Source: a virus (taxonomy: Duplodnaviria; Caudoviricetes). Taken from it: DNA of 64,000 nucleotides. The notes beneath the pieces are model-generated. The model was given only the letters and a program-made list of their open reading frames with translations. It made no database searches and was not told the origin of the DNA. The position numbers and the translations under genes are program-made. Positions within the stretch are counted from its first letter, which is position 1, and each line of letters starts with the position of its first letter. The DNA lies in the IMG/VR virus record IMGVR_UViG_3300012665_000962, positions 12,384 through 76,383 of that record; one strand, 5' to 3'. This document shows, in pieces, positions 1 to 10,300 of the stretch.

Positions 1-1416
1 ACCGTCGTCAGTTTCGCCGCCTTCATCGCTGCCGTTTGGCATGTCCATGTCGCCAAAATCTAATTCATCAATAACTTCTGGTGCGTTGTCCTGTAACCAT
101 TGGTATACTAATGGACGTACACAAGTGTCTGAATCTTCTTTGGCTGCTTGTTTTATTTCTTGGTGTAATTGTGGATCGTCAATAATGCCTTTGAGACTGC
201 CAATAGCATTTGAGCCATCTACGCCTGCTGAAAAATGTTCGTCTACTAATTTTTGTAATTCTTCAATAGCAGCGGTTTTTTCTTCTTCATCACCGCTGAG
301 TATTGCTGATTCTTCGCCTAAATTCAAAACCCAAGATTCGAAGTTTTCAAAATCATTTTCAAATGTGTATGTTGTGCTTAGGTCTTGTTCTTCTACAGCT
401 TCTTGTGTCATTGCGACTATGTCGTCATAGCCTAATCCGTTGTCTTCCTCTCTCATTAGATTATAAATCAATGGGAATACACTCTTGATATCTTCTTTGA
501 AGTTTTTAACCGTAAATTTGTTTGTAAGATCTTCTATTACATCTTGTGGTACTTCGGCTTGTGTTTGACTTTGAAAAGTTTCTTTAAATTGATGATAATA
601 ATTTTGTCTAGCAAGTTTTTTAATTTCTTCTCTAAGAGAGTTAAGTGCCTGTCCGCTTTTTTCAACAATATTATTTGTATCGGAATTCATTAAATCGTTA
701 CGAACAACATAGTTTCCAAAATTCTTTAACTGAGCAATTTGTTCACTCATGTTAATGATATGTCGACCAATGTCGTCGTAGGGCAATCCACCTTCCTGTA
801 CGTGTCTTTGCATAGCACGAGCACCAGCTAGATGAATAAATGGATATTTGAAACGTTCGCCTTGGCCATTTTCGATGAACATCGCGCTGATGTTTCTTGT
901 TCTTGCTCCCGGGCTGTTTTCGTCAACTGTTTGGTTGTGCTTGATTATCAGCGTTGTGTTTTCTAATTTTTGATAGCTGGTTTTTGTGCTACCATACATG
1001 CCTTCTTTCATAATTGCTTCTCCAATGGGCGAATTGTTTGCGTACTGTGTGAGGAAAGCGTAATCTCTTTTATCAAGATTGTCTTTAGATATATCGCGAG
1101 TATCAAAACTCATTAAACGTCTTTTAGCGAATTCTCTTAGTCCTCGTAGGAAATCGTACCAGTTAGTTTTTTGAACACTGTCCATGCCTTCGGCAATGCC
1201 GGTGCTGTAATAAACCTTCATATTAGAAGGTTCAGCAAGGCTGATACTTACATGGCCTATAGGGTTTTCACCTTCCATGTAATCAAAATCAAAAAACACA
1301 GCTTCTTCTGGGTTTATGGTTACTTCGCCAGTTTCTGAGCCTAATTTTAAGCCAGAAAAGCGGCTTCTTATTTTATAAAATAAGTCTGTGCTTACACTTT
1401 TAAGATTATCTTCCAT
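1..1416 (-). CDS. Conserved hypothetical late protein downstream of terminase (partial, runs off the left edge)
   Basis: Not in the ORF track. ATG at 1416 opens a frame MEDNLKSVSTDLFYKIRSRFSGLKLG...GGETDDG that I translated without a stop to position 1; acidic C-terminal part; TAAATA box 5 nt upstream. Confidence 0.8.
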   Translation of the reverse strand, partial: MEDNLKSVSTDLFYKIRSRFSGLKLGSETGEVTINPEEAVFFDFDYMEGENPIGHVSISLAEPSNMKVYYSTGIAEGMDSVQKTNWYDFLRGLREFAKRRLMSFDTRDISKDNLDKRDYAFLTQYANNSPIGEAIMKEGMYGSTKTSYQKLENTTLIIKHNQTVDENSPGARTRNISAMFIENGQGERFKYPFIHLAGARAMQRHVQEGGLPYDDIGRHIINMSEQIAQLKNFGNYVVRNDLMNSDTNNIVEKSGQALNSLREEIKKLARQNYYHQFKETFQSQTQAEVPQDVIEDLTNKFTVKNFKEDIKSVFPLIYNLMREEDNGLGYDDIVAMTQEAVEEQDLSTTYTFENDFENFESWVLNLGEESAILSGDEEEKTAAIEELQKLVDEHFSAGVDGSNAIGSLKGIIDDPQLHQEIKQAAKEDSDTCVRPLVYQWLQDNAPEVIDELDFGDMDMPNGSDEGGETDDG

Positions 1417-1427
1417 GTTAATATTTA

Positions 1428-3014
1428 TCAAAATCCTGAACTGACGAAGATTGGCATAGGCATTTGATCTTCGCTTAATTTTTCTGTCATTTTATCGTAG
1501 ATTTGAGGATCCCAATCACTTAATACTCCTGCCATGCGTACAATTAACAATGTTGAGCTAACTAAATCGTCGTGCTCACCTGTTTTTGCCCCAAACCCAA
1601 CTCCGTGTGCTATGAATGTTTTAAGTTCAGAAATCAAAGGTTTTGAACTGATCTTCATTCTGTAATTTTCTAACATATTTTTTAATATGCTACAAGATGT
1701 TATTTTAGATCTGTGTGTAGTGTTGAATCCTTTGCGGAATTTTCGTATATGCCCTTTTCTTATAGGTTCGCTTAAGAATAGTCCTGGGAAGTTTTCCTCG
1801 CCAATGTCACTGATTACAATAAGAGCCGCTTCACCTAAAGTATTGTTTTCTACCGAATAATAAATCTGTGGATTCCCGCCTAATTCTTCACCTCGAGTTT
1901 GTATATACTTACAAATTTCTCTAAGATGTTTGACCTGCGATTGTATAGGGGTTAAATTATGATGCCATTCTGCTACCTGAGTCATTGATGGCATTTCAAA
2001 AACTTGTATAGCGCCATAGTCACCGCCTGTGCCTAGGCTAGGATCAAGTGCTACCAAATATGTGCAGCGAGGATCGATGTCTTTATACCAGCGTGTTTGT
2101 CCCATAGACATTATAGGATCTTTGCCTTCTAATTCAGCTAGTTTTACAGCATTGATTAGAGTCTCGTCAAAGATTAAGAATTCGCAATCGAACTCACGGC
2201 GAAAACGTTCCTCGCCAATTTTACTACGTTCAACTGCTGCCCACGCTTCGTCACGATCTGGGTGTTCGTTCCAATGAGCAAAGTAAGAGAAAAATCCGTT
2301 TACACCTAATTCTTGTTCGTTGCCATACTCGTCGAACTTTTTATTAGCTTCAGTCCAGATCATAGCAAATTGATCTTCGTCTGAGTTAGGTGTTGATGTT
2401 ATAATAGCACGACCACCTGTTGACAACGTAGGACTTAACGCAGTCCAGAATTCTTTGGCTTTTTCTGGCGGTTGTACAAACGCAAACTCATCACAGTAAA
2501 TCAATGAAAGAGATTTACCACGACCAGTATTTTCTGTTGTTGTGGTTGCTTGTATTCGAGCACCGTTGTCAAATTCAATAGTATTCCTATTGTAGCTAAT
2601 AACGCCAGCACGAATAAAATCTGGTAGGTTTTCGTACCCATACCTATAACGATTCATAATGTCCTGCGCACCTTCGTACTTGTGAGCAGCAATTAGTACC
2701 TGTGCTTCAGGAACAAATTGTGTAAACCAAAGCAAATAGCCACACGCACAGGTTGTTTTGCCCATCTGTCGCGGTAACATCGCAATCACATCTTTGTGTG
2801 AATGGTATGCTTCGATTAATCTAACCTGATAGTCATACGGTTCAAAGTCAATAGCACCTCTAACAGGATGCTGTATTTTTAAAAAGTTACGCATGAAATA
2901 CAATGGACCTGTAACAGGATCCATACATGCTTCTAGATGTTTTACTTCTTCAAGGGTATACCGTTCAGGTTTATGTGCCTTCTTGATTAATACGCCGTCT
3001 AGTGATTTTGCCAT
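1428..3014 (-). CDS. Terminase large subunit (T4 gp17-like)
   Basis: Walker A PRQMGKTT, Walker B LIYCDEFAFV, coupling motif TSTPN, RNase H-like nuclease motifs VALDPSLGTGGD and GEHDDLV. Confidence 0.97.
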   Translation of the reverse strand: MAKSLDGVLIKKAHKPERYTLEEVKHLEACMDPVTGPLYFMRNFLKIQHPVRGAIDFEPYDYQVRLIEAYHSHKDVIAMLPRQMGKTTCACGYLLWFTQFVPEAQVLIAAHKYEGAQDIMNRYRYGYENLPDFIRAGVISYNRNTIEFDNGARIQATTTTENTGRGKSLSLIYCDEFAFVQPPEKAKEFWTALSPTLSTGGRAIITSTPNSDEDQFAMIWTEANKKFDEYGNEQELGVNGFFSYFAHWNEHPDRDEAWAAVERSKIGEERFRREFDCEFLIFDETLINAVKLAELEGKDPIMSMGQTRWYKDIDPRCTYLVALDPSLGTGGDYGAIQVFEMPSMTQVAEWHHNLTPIQSQVKHLREICKYIQTRGEELGGNPQIYYSVENNTLGEAALIVISDIGEENFPGLFLSEPIRKGHIRKFRKGFNTTHRSKITSCSILKNMLENYRMKISSKPLISELKTFIAHGVGFGAKTGEHDDLVSSTLLIVRMAGVLSDWDPQIYDKMTEKLSEDQMPMPIFVSSGF

Positions 3015-3030
3015 ACTAATATTTACTGAA

Positions 3031-3058
3031 AAAAATAGGCTCCGTAGAGCCTATTTGG
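3031..3058 (-). terminator. Rho-independent terminator with C(UACG)G tetraloop
   Basis: Minus strand AAATAGGCTC-TACG-GAGCCTATTT followed by a T run, just after the 3072..3578 stop and before the terminase TAAATA box. Confidence 0.85.
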
Positions 3059-3071
3059 ATCTTATAATGTG

Positions 3072-3578
3072 TTATTGTTTTTTATGTTCAGCTAGTTGAG
3101 CTAGTAATTGTGCTTTGATACTGCTGACTAGGTTGCTGTTTTCGCCAACGTTCATTGGGTTATCACCGCCAGCAGTTGCTGGAAATGCTCGTTTGCGTTT
3201 ATGAATATCATTGCCGTCAGGAATAGAAGCAGAAATATCTTTGTATTCTGGATTAGGCGCAGTAGTGGCTGTGTCAAACCCGTCTTCTAATTCAACGTCG
3301 TCACCTGGTTTTTTAGCCATAGCCAATTTCATTACCGGGTCGCTCATGCTAGGCATTGGCTCTGCTGTCTTTGGCATCATGTCAGGATTAACCTTAGTCA
3401 TCAATTTAAATAGACTTTCTATGTTATCCATGCCCTGCGCATTTAGGTTGATACTTACACTTGGTGGAGGTGTTGTTGGTGTCGAGTCCATGCTAGGCGC
3501 CATGCCGCATTCTTCGTTAACCTGTGCTTTGGGCTGATCTAACTCAGCTATTTTTTTGTAGATATCATGAAAGTTCAT
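3072..3578 (-). CDS. Hypothetical low-complexity (Pro/Met/Asp-rich) late protein
   Basis: 168-aa ORF, TAATG-coupled to the upstream gene, GGGAG SD, followed by a terminator. Confidence 0.7.
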   Translation of the reverse strand: MNFHDIYKKIAELDQPKAQVNEECGMAPSMDSTPTTPPPSVSINLNAQGMDNIESLFKLMTKVNPDMMPKTAEPMPSMSDPVMKLAMAKKPGDDVELEDGFDTATTAPNPEYKDISASIPDGNDIHKRKRAFPATAGGDNPMNVGENSNLVSSIKAQLLAQLAEHKKQ

Positions 3579-4144
3579 TATTTGCTCCCGACAGCACTGT
3601 TAGTACCTGCCTTGTCTTCTTTGTGTTTAGGTAATTTGTATTCTACGTTTTGCCCTTCATCTTTTTTACGAGCTTTAGCTTCTTTGGCAATGTCTTTTAA
3701 AAAGTTTGTTACGTGGTCGTCGCCAAAATAATCCTTATGACGGATTTTTTCTGGGTCTGTTAAATCTGTGTTTAGCAAGGCTTTGCCGCTGGGCTGTGCT
3801 GGATCAAAATAACTTTCTTCTGCAGGGTCATTTAAATTTCTAACACGGAAATGGCTTTCTGGCATTCCTGTGAATTCACGAATCTGTATAGATATTTGTT
3901 GTGGTGTTACAGGGTATTCGCATTCAGCTTCAAACATTGTTACTTCGATGTTTTTTAATTCTGGAAAATCTAATGCTGTAGGACGAATAGGTGTTGTAGT
4001 TGATTTTTCAACTTTCATACAACTGTACTTTGCCAACCCTGATTTGACTTTATCGGCAAACCCTTCCGCTAGATTACCGGCTACCTTGATACGGAAACCA
4101 TATGTTTTCTTGCTTTCGGTAAGATATTCATTAAATGTTTTCAT
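3578..4144 (-). CDS. Conserved hypothetical late protein
   Basis: Track ORF 3578..4150; the second Met (4144, MKTFNEYL) is preferred because it lies 5 nt after ATAAATA like other late genes. Confidence 0.75.
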   Translation of the reverse strand: MKTFNEYLTESKKTYGFRIKVAGNLAEGFADKVKSGLAKYSCMKVEKSTTTPIRPTALDFPELKNIEVTMFEAECEYPVTPQQISIQIREFTGMPESHFRVRNLNDPAEESYFDPAQPSGKALLNTDLTDPEKIRHKDYFGDDHVTNFLKDIAKEAKARKKDEGQNVEYKLPKHKEDKAGTNSAVGSK

Positions 4145-4152
4145 ACTCATAT

Positions 4153-4632
4153 TTATGCTTTTCCTGAAAGTTTTTTAAGAAGCTCGTTACGATCAGTAAT
4201 AACGTACCCTTGCCCGTTAAGCATATTTCCGTCATCTTCTCCCGCATCTTTATCTATTTTGAGCTTTCTAAGTTTTAATTCTACTGACTTTAATTTTTTG
4301 TCAATTTTTGCTGACTTAGCATCTATAGCATTTTTCATCATAGTGCCAGCTACTTCAAAAATACGGCCACTGTATCGAACTTCTACGTTCATACCTAAAT
4401 CCATTAAATCGTCGTAGGCTAATTCTGCTTTTTTTGCTAAATCGTCTAGATCTTTTTCATCTAAATTCTCAAGGTCGTCGATAGCTGGCAATGTTCCGGC
4501 TATATTTTCAATTTCCTTGTAGCTGCGTTCAAGACTGCGTACTTGATCTTTTGACTCCTCGGTATCTGCTATAGGCGCGACTTCCGGAGTTGGAGTATCA
4601 AGATTAAAAAGTTCTTCTAATTTTTTAGTCAT
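4153..4632 (-). CDS. Putative terminase small subunit (gp16-like)
   Basis: 159 aa, helical/coiled-coil, motif RIFEVAGTMMKNAIDAK resembles the small-terminase R-x-x-E-V core; close to the large terminase. Confidence 0.5.
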   Translation of the reverse strand: MTKKLEELFNLDTPTPEVAPIADTEESKDQVRSLERSYKEIENIAGTLPAIDDLENLDEKDLDDLAKKAELAYDDLMDLGMNVEVRYSGRIFEVAGTMMKNAIDAKSAKIDKKLKSVELKLRKLKIDKDAGEDDGNMLNGQGYVITDRNELLKKLSGKA

Positions 4633-4639
4633 ACTTTAC

Positions 4640-5080
4640 TTATCTGCGTTTTGTGCCTTTATGAAAAATATCATCTTCGTTGACTACTCGAAAACGAATT
4701 CCCTGCTGTTTACACCAAGCATTAGCAGCTTCCCATTTGGCTATATTTTTTACATATTGTTCTTGATTATACAAACTTTTTCCAACACGTTCTTTTAACA
4801 TGTGGTTACTGGGTTTTACTTCAACCACTTCAGCATGTTTGTTTTTATCTTTGTCTACATACACAACAAAAAAATCTGGAACATAAATTGTACTTTTTCC
4901 TGTTAATGGGTCTTTATAGGGAATTTGTATACTTTCACTGGCCCAATTTTGAACTCCAGGATGTTCGTCTAACATTCGCATAAAAACAAATTCCCAACTG
5001 CTGCGAGCTAAAGGAGTTCGTTTCCCGATATATTTGTCAGGATTTTTCATTTCAAATCTTCCCTGAGCAAATTTACCCAT
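4640..5080 (-). CDS. Head completion nuclease (T4 gp4-like, TnsA-type PD-(D/E)xK)
   Basis: Motifs RSSWE..FM..LD, WASESIQIPY, YVPDFFV, EVKP. Confidence 0.9.
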   Translation of the reverse strand: MGKFAQGRFEMKNPDKYIGKRTPLARSSWEFVFMRMLDEHPGVQNWASESIQIPYKDPLTGKSTIYVPDFFVVYVDKDKNKHAEVVEVKPSNHMLKERVGKSLYNQEQYVKNIAKWEAANAWCKQQGIRFRVVNEDDIFHKGTKRR

Positions 5081-5472
5081 TACGCTACTACATTTCTAAT
5101 TTGAAATTGATTTACAGCCTGATTTACTCTGTAACCTAATTTTGACGTTGCTGATCTATTTTGATTTAAAATAGTACTGACAATAGATGATAGTTCTAGA
5201 CTTTCTAAACCCCTAAGAGTATCTAACAAAGAATTAACTGAAATATTTTCAATTTTTGCTTGTTTTAAAAGAATAATTGCTGTGACTATTGATGCTTGCT
5301 GCCCAAATCCTTTTTGTTCTAAAAACCCAACTGCCGAATCAACATCGCCGGATTTATATTCTTCGCCGGGGTTAGCATAGTTGTTAAAATATACTTTGGC
5401 AAAATCTGCGCTGTCAACACTTTCAGATTGAGCTGGTAGATTTGATTTGATTTGTGATGGGAAATTATTCAA
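5080..5472 (-). CDS. Hypothetical tail/baseplate-region protein
   Basis: 130-aa ORF with TTG start overlapping the upstream stop; start uncertain. Confidence 0.6.
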   Translation of the reverse strand: MNNFPSQIKSNLPAQSESVDSADFAKVYFNNYANPGEEYKSGDVDSAVGFLEQKGFGQQASIVTAIILLKQAKIENISVNSLLDTLRGLESLELSSIVSTILNQNRSATSKLGYRVNQAVNQFQIRNVVA

Positions 5473-6577
5473 TTAATTTAACTCCAATATTAGAGTTAGT
5501 AAAACTAGTCCCAGATGGACTGCCAAAACTAACACCAGGAAGGCCGCTTGTAACATTGCTGACAGCATTTGGCGATAGCAAAATATTTGTAGCATCTGCT
5601 ATTAAACTTTGTTCACTGATACTAGCCACACTCTTGTAAAAATTAACAGCTTTAATTGCTGTTTGTAATATGCCTCGATCAGCGCCTGCTGCGTCGCCGC
5701 CTTCATAATAGTCTTTAAAAATTGTTGCCGAATCAGCAAGAATTTCATCAGCTTGCCCAAACACTCCAGTAAGACCAAAAATACTTGGATTTACACCACC
5801 ACCGAGACTTAATGGGCTTGGAGTTTTGTCGTAGTGTATTGTTCCAAATTGTGGCGGAAATTTGCCATTTTTAGTGACTACTCCCTGTCCATACATCACG
5901 CTTTCGTAGGCAACGGTCATGTTGCTTTCAAGGGTGCCATTGCTGGCAGATTGATCTACGCTGCCGTGACTCCAATTAACTATTCTTGGATTAATTAATT
6001 TGTATCCATTCCATGATTTTCTAGCCAATGTGTAAATTTGTATAGAATTAAAAAAACTTTGATCGCTACCGTTTTGATCTAGGCCGTATCTAGGCCCTCC
6101 CCGTGCTATCCAATAAGGGCTTCCCGCTGTTGACCCAGGGTCGGCATGAGCACTGGCGGTTTCTAAGAATCGTTCTGGAGAATGATATCCGTAGTATAAC
6201 GCATATAACGAATTAGTAATACCTAAATTGTCATCGTGAAATGTAAGATTTAACGGCTCAAATTTTATATCTTTATATACAACTTTCTTTTTGTTGTACA
6301 TGTTTTTAATTTCGTGTTCCATGGTAACTTTAGGCAAATCTGCTGACTTGACTAAAAGTCCGGCTTCTAACTGATGTCTAAGTTTCCACGATGCTGATCG
6401 AACTGCTGAGGGATTTAGTTCAAAATACACATAGTACATGAACTTTGTTCGAGGAGCTCGAGCAAAGGTATGATCAGTATAAAGGCGAGCAGCGTGGCGG
6501 GCGTCGCCAAGGTTTCCCTTGGGATTTAATACCCCTTCGCCAACGCCTTGTAAAAATCTAGTGAATTTATCTGACAT
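5465..6577 (-). CDS. Tail tube-like protein (tube initiator/baseplate cap, gp54/gp48-like)
   Basis: Tube-fold signature LVKSADLPK...YNKKKVVY..IKFEPLNLTFHDD and final NMTVAYE; directly follows the tube gene. Confidence 0.7.
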   Translation of the reverse strand: MSDKFTRFLQGVGEGVLNPKGNLGDARHAARLYTDHTFARAPRTKFMYYVYFELNPSAVRSASWKLRHQLEAGLLVKSADLPKVTMEHEIKNMYNKKKVVYKDIKFEPLNLTFHDDNLGITNSLYALYYGYHSPERFLETASAHADPGSTAGSPYWIARGGPRYGLDQNGSDQSFFNSIQIYTLARKSWNGYKLINPRIVNWSHGSVDQSASNGTLESNMTVAYESVMYGQGVVTKNGKFPPQFGTIHYDKTPSPLSLGGGVNPSIFGLTGVFGQADEILADSATIFKDYYEGGDAAGADRGILQTAIKAVNFYKSVASISEQSLIADATNILLSPNAVSNVTSGLPGVSFGSPSGTSFTNSNIGVKLIE

Positions 6578-6593
6578 GCAATTATTTAGTCGT

Positions 6594-6625
6594 AAAAAAA
6601 GCCCGACTTTAAATCGGGCTTTTTA
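6594..6625. terminator. Bidirectional-type Rho-independent terminator after the tail tube gene
   Basis: AAAAAGCCCGA-ctttaaa-TCGGGCTTTTT inverted repeat flanked by A/T runs. Confidence 0.85.
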
Positions 6626-6640
6626 ATTACTAGGTAACTA

Positions 6641-7282
6641 TTACAGACCGCCACCACCAGTTGATAGTGCGCCAATTGTTCTAGCACCAATATTACGGCC
6701 AATACCATCAACGCCGCCGCCTTTGTACTGAATAGCATTATCGTATCTAATAGCTAATGCTATACTAGCTGCTTCGTTAGTTGTGTAGTTTAGATCGCCG
6801 TAGTCAATGTTTTGTACAAAACAACCGTAGCATTCAAATGTTTCTAATGTGTTTGGTGTTTGTGTTCCATTGCCGCCGTCTAACACTTCAATAACTGTGG
6901 TAAACTTATAATCTTGTCCAGATGCTGCGCCAGACTGTTCGAAGAAGTCAAATTGTTTCTGAATTTGTTCTCCGCACAATCTTTGGATTGCGCCAGTAGC
7001 GTCATCTCTAACGTTGAGTGTTAACGGCTCCCAATTGTGTCTACCAGCTAGATATACTCTAGAATTGTAAACTGGAAGTTCGATTTCTTCAAAGTTAATC
7101 TTAGGACGAGTAATGTCCATAACTTGTTTTGTTAGCTCTGTGGGCACCGTACCGTTAGCACCGAAGCCCTGTAGTGTGACCCTAAATCTATACTTTAGCT
7201 TAGGCATCAACAAGCCTTGACTTGACGATGAAGCATCAGTTGCTAAGGGTACTGATAATTTTGATAGTGTTGAAATTGCCAT
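6641..7282 (-). CDS. Tail tube protein (T4 gp19-like)
   Basis: KYRFRVT, RPKINFEEIELP, YLAGRHNWEPLTLNVRDD, YGDLNY, IRYDNA; adjacent to sheath. Confidence 0.9.
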   Translation of the reverse strand: MAISTLSKLSVPLATDASSSSQGLLMPKLKYRFRVTLQGFGANGTVPTELTKQVMDITRPKINFEEIELPVYNSRVYLAGRHNWEPLTLNVRDDATGAIQRLCGEQIQKQFDFFEQSGAASGQDYKFTTVIEVLDGGNGTQTPNTLETFECYGCFVQNIDYGDLNYTTNEAASIALAIRYDNAIQYKGGGVDGIGRNIGARTIGALSTGGGGL

Positions 7283-7319
7283 ATCTGTTTGCTCCGGGTA
7301 ATGTTATTTATCACGAATC

Positions 7320-7340
7320 AAAAGGGGTATAAACCCCTTC
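7320..7340 (-). terminator. Probable Rho-independent terminator after the sheath gene
   Basis: Minus strand AAGGGGT-TTAT-ACCCCTT followed by TT. Confidence 0.6.
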
Positions 7341-7343
7341 TAA

Positions 7344-10300
7344 TTACGATGCTCTTGCGCCCTGAATCTCTCCTGTATTCTTAAGTCTTAATGGTATGTA
7401 GATAAATTCAATAGCTTTTACAGGTTCTATTGCAATATCAACATACAACTCGTTTCTGTCTATTCTTGCTGGTGTATTGTTTGTTTCATCACAAACAACA
7501 GCATAGTCATAGATTGCTCGTAAACCAGTCAACTCTAACAATAGACTTTCAATTGCCTGTTTGATTTCGTCTCTAGTGATCTTATCGTTAGGTTCAAAAA
7601 CAAACGGTTTAGCTAGTTTATTCAACTGTGTTCTTAGATAAACTACTAGACGTGCTACGTTAATACGATCAAGTGCTGAACTTCCAGCTGATCGTGTTCT
7701 TTGTCCATAGTTAACTAGACCAACACCGTTAAAGAATGTTAATGGATTAACTTTAACATTGTACAGCGCATCACGTTGCCCTTCTGTTAAGCTCACTGAT
7801 TTAAACTCTCCTGAAGTTGTGTCGATGTAACCAACTGCTGTTGCGTTGGTAATAGCACCTCTACGAATACCTGCTGGAGCAAACCATGGATAAGCAACCT
7901 GGTCACTTAGGGCAATAGTTTTTAACATCATATGACTTGCTGGAACTACAATGCTATTTCCAGTGTTGTCATTAGTTAATCCGCTTGGATAAAACACCGC
8001 TGCGTATGGATCATAAGTTACTAATCCAGCATCACCGTTGTCAGTAGCGCCGTTGGCGTTGCTGCCCCAGTTAGTTACTGAGGTAGTATCTGCTGCTAGG
8101 CGCATTGGAGTATCACCAACAACAAACGCAGTAGCGCCGCGGTCGTTGTTTAAATCAACTAGATTTTGTAAAACTTCTGGGTAACCTGGGCAAGCAATCA
8201 AATTAAAGCTACGAACTTCGTCTTCTCTAATTTGTTGGTTAGTTGTAATAGTTGCTTTTAGAGCAGCTACGATAACTTGACGCTGTGCTTTGCGACCAAA
8301 TGTTGATCCAGATACTGTGACCCATCGTGCTGGCTGATAATCAGCCATTGATTGATCGCCTTGTCTTGCGTTGTCATCTTCTGTGTTAACATAATCTGCG
8401 CGATATGCTTTGACATTAAATCCACTTCTACGTGTGTTCCACAATAGCATACCTTGTGGATATAATTCTGGATCTGGTGCGTCAAAGTCTATAAAATCTG
8501 ACACTAACAAATCAGCAATATCAGCTGGCTCAGTGCTTTCTGTTCCAACGCCAGGGCCAGTAGTCCAACGAGCGTCAGCAAACAATATTCCTTCTTCGGA
8601 AGTATTGTCGCCAATGTCAATCTGAACCCATTTTAATGTATCTGTATTCCAACGATATACAGTTGGATAGTTTTCAGTATCACTGCTGTCAATCCATAAA
8701 TCGCCGGCAGCAAGACTTGATGCGCCGTCGCTTTGTTTTACTGGTTTTGTAGCAGAAATTATCGGGCCTGCTGGATCAGCTGACGGAAATTCGTTTAGGT
8801 AACCTACCCAAGTATTGCCGTCGTGTACCATGATATCAATTTGATTTAATGAACTTGAATACCATAATTGACCATCTGTTGGGTCATTTAATGGAGGATC
8901 CATATCAGCTACATATCCTGTAGCAGAGCCTGCCATTGGTAACCAGTTGCTGGCAATAAAGTCGTATGATTCGCCAGCTGGAGCATCATATAAGTCAACT
9001 GTGCCGTCACCGTTTGTGATGTTAAAACCTGTGTAGCCAATGTCTGCTAGAGCATCGTTGGTGTCTAATAGTCTAAACTCGCCACCAAGTTTGTGGCTGA
9101 TTACTAGTTTACTGTTAGAAACAGACGCTTCAATGTTAACTAAAGTCGAAGCATTGATTGCTTCAGCAATAGCGTTTGCGTCAGTGGCATTGCCAGCAGC
9201 AGTAAATGTTATAACTACTGGAGCAGGAGCACTAATTCCTAACGGATCTGGTGTTCCTAGTAGTCTGCTGCCTAACACACTTTCTCTAATTGTAAATGAT
9301 TTAGAACCAGCAGTTAATGTACCTAGGCCAATTTGATCTGAAACAATAGATGTTGCTCCAGTTGTTCGTCTTACAAAAATTTTGAAACTGGCTGTTTGTG
9401 GCGTATCATCGTAGCCGGTGTCTTCTGAATAGTTATACTGAACATAAACAGCATCTTTGGAAATTTTTTCTCCACCGCTGGCTTTGTCTAGACCATAGAT
9501 AGATGTGTGGCCTGTGCTGTATAGCGGAGCTACTGTTTCAATCCATGCTTTAGATGAACTATTCCATTTCTTAATTCTCCAACGAGCACCGCTGTTTGGT
9601 TCTGTTGATTTGACCCAAACTGAACCAGTTGGGCGAGGCTCTTGTGTGCCATCTTTCCATTGTGGAACTGTAGTGTGCGGAGCAATAGACAAGTCAGGAG
9701 CAAAATACTGGCCTGCTGCGAATCCAAAAATACTAGCAATAGTAATTGCTGGATTTTCTGGGCTTGTTTGGAATGTGATTGAAGCACCTTCTGTGTCAGT
9801 AGAATCACCTGATTCGTCAGTGTTGCTGGTTACAAAGAAACCAACTTTACCGTTTACTACGCCTGCTCTAACACCTTGAATAGCATAACCGTTAATAAGG
9901 CCAACCATCTCAGTAGCAAGATCGTTTCCTGAACCAACAGTAATTGAAACACCGTTAATTATAAATTTGTAACCAGTAGTAGATAGGCCTGATGACGCAT
10001 ATCCTGCTGTTGTAGTAACGATTGTAGGAGATGTTCCTCTCCAATCTTTCGAACCAACTAATGTCCACGCTGCTGAAGTAGCAAGACCTGTGTAGTCTTT
10101 GCCTTTGTAAAAATATCTAATAACGTCTGATTTAGCAACTACCGCGTAGTCACCTACTTTACCAACACCGCTTGCTGGCTCGTTGCCGTCAATTTTGTCA
10201 GCATCGGCTTCTGATAACACAATAGGAGTTTTAGCAACAAACTTTTGGCCACCGAGAGAAGCTGGAGAAGCGTCCCATTCGAAAATACCCCATTTAGTGC

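Noticed and set aside
1428-3014. Intein or intron in the terminase
   Set aside because: The 528-aa ORF is continuous with normal motif spacing and has no splicing or LAGLIDADG motifs.
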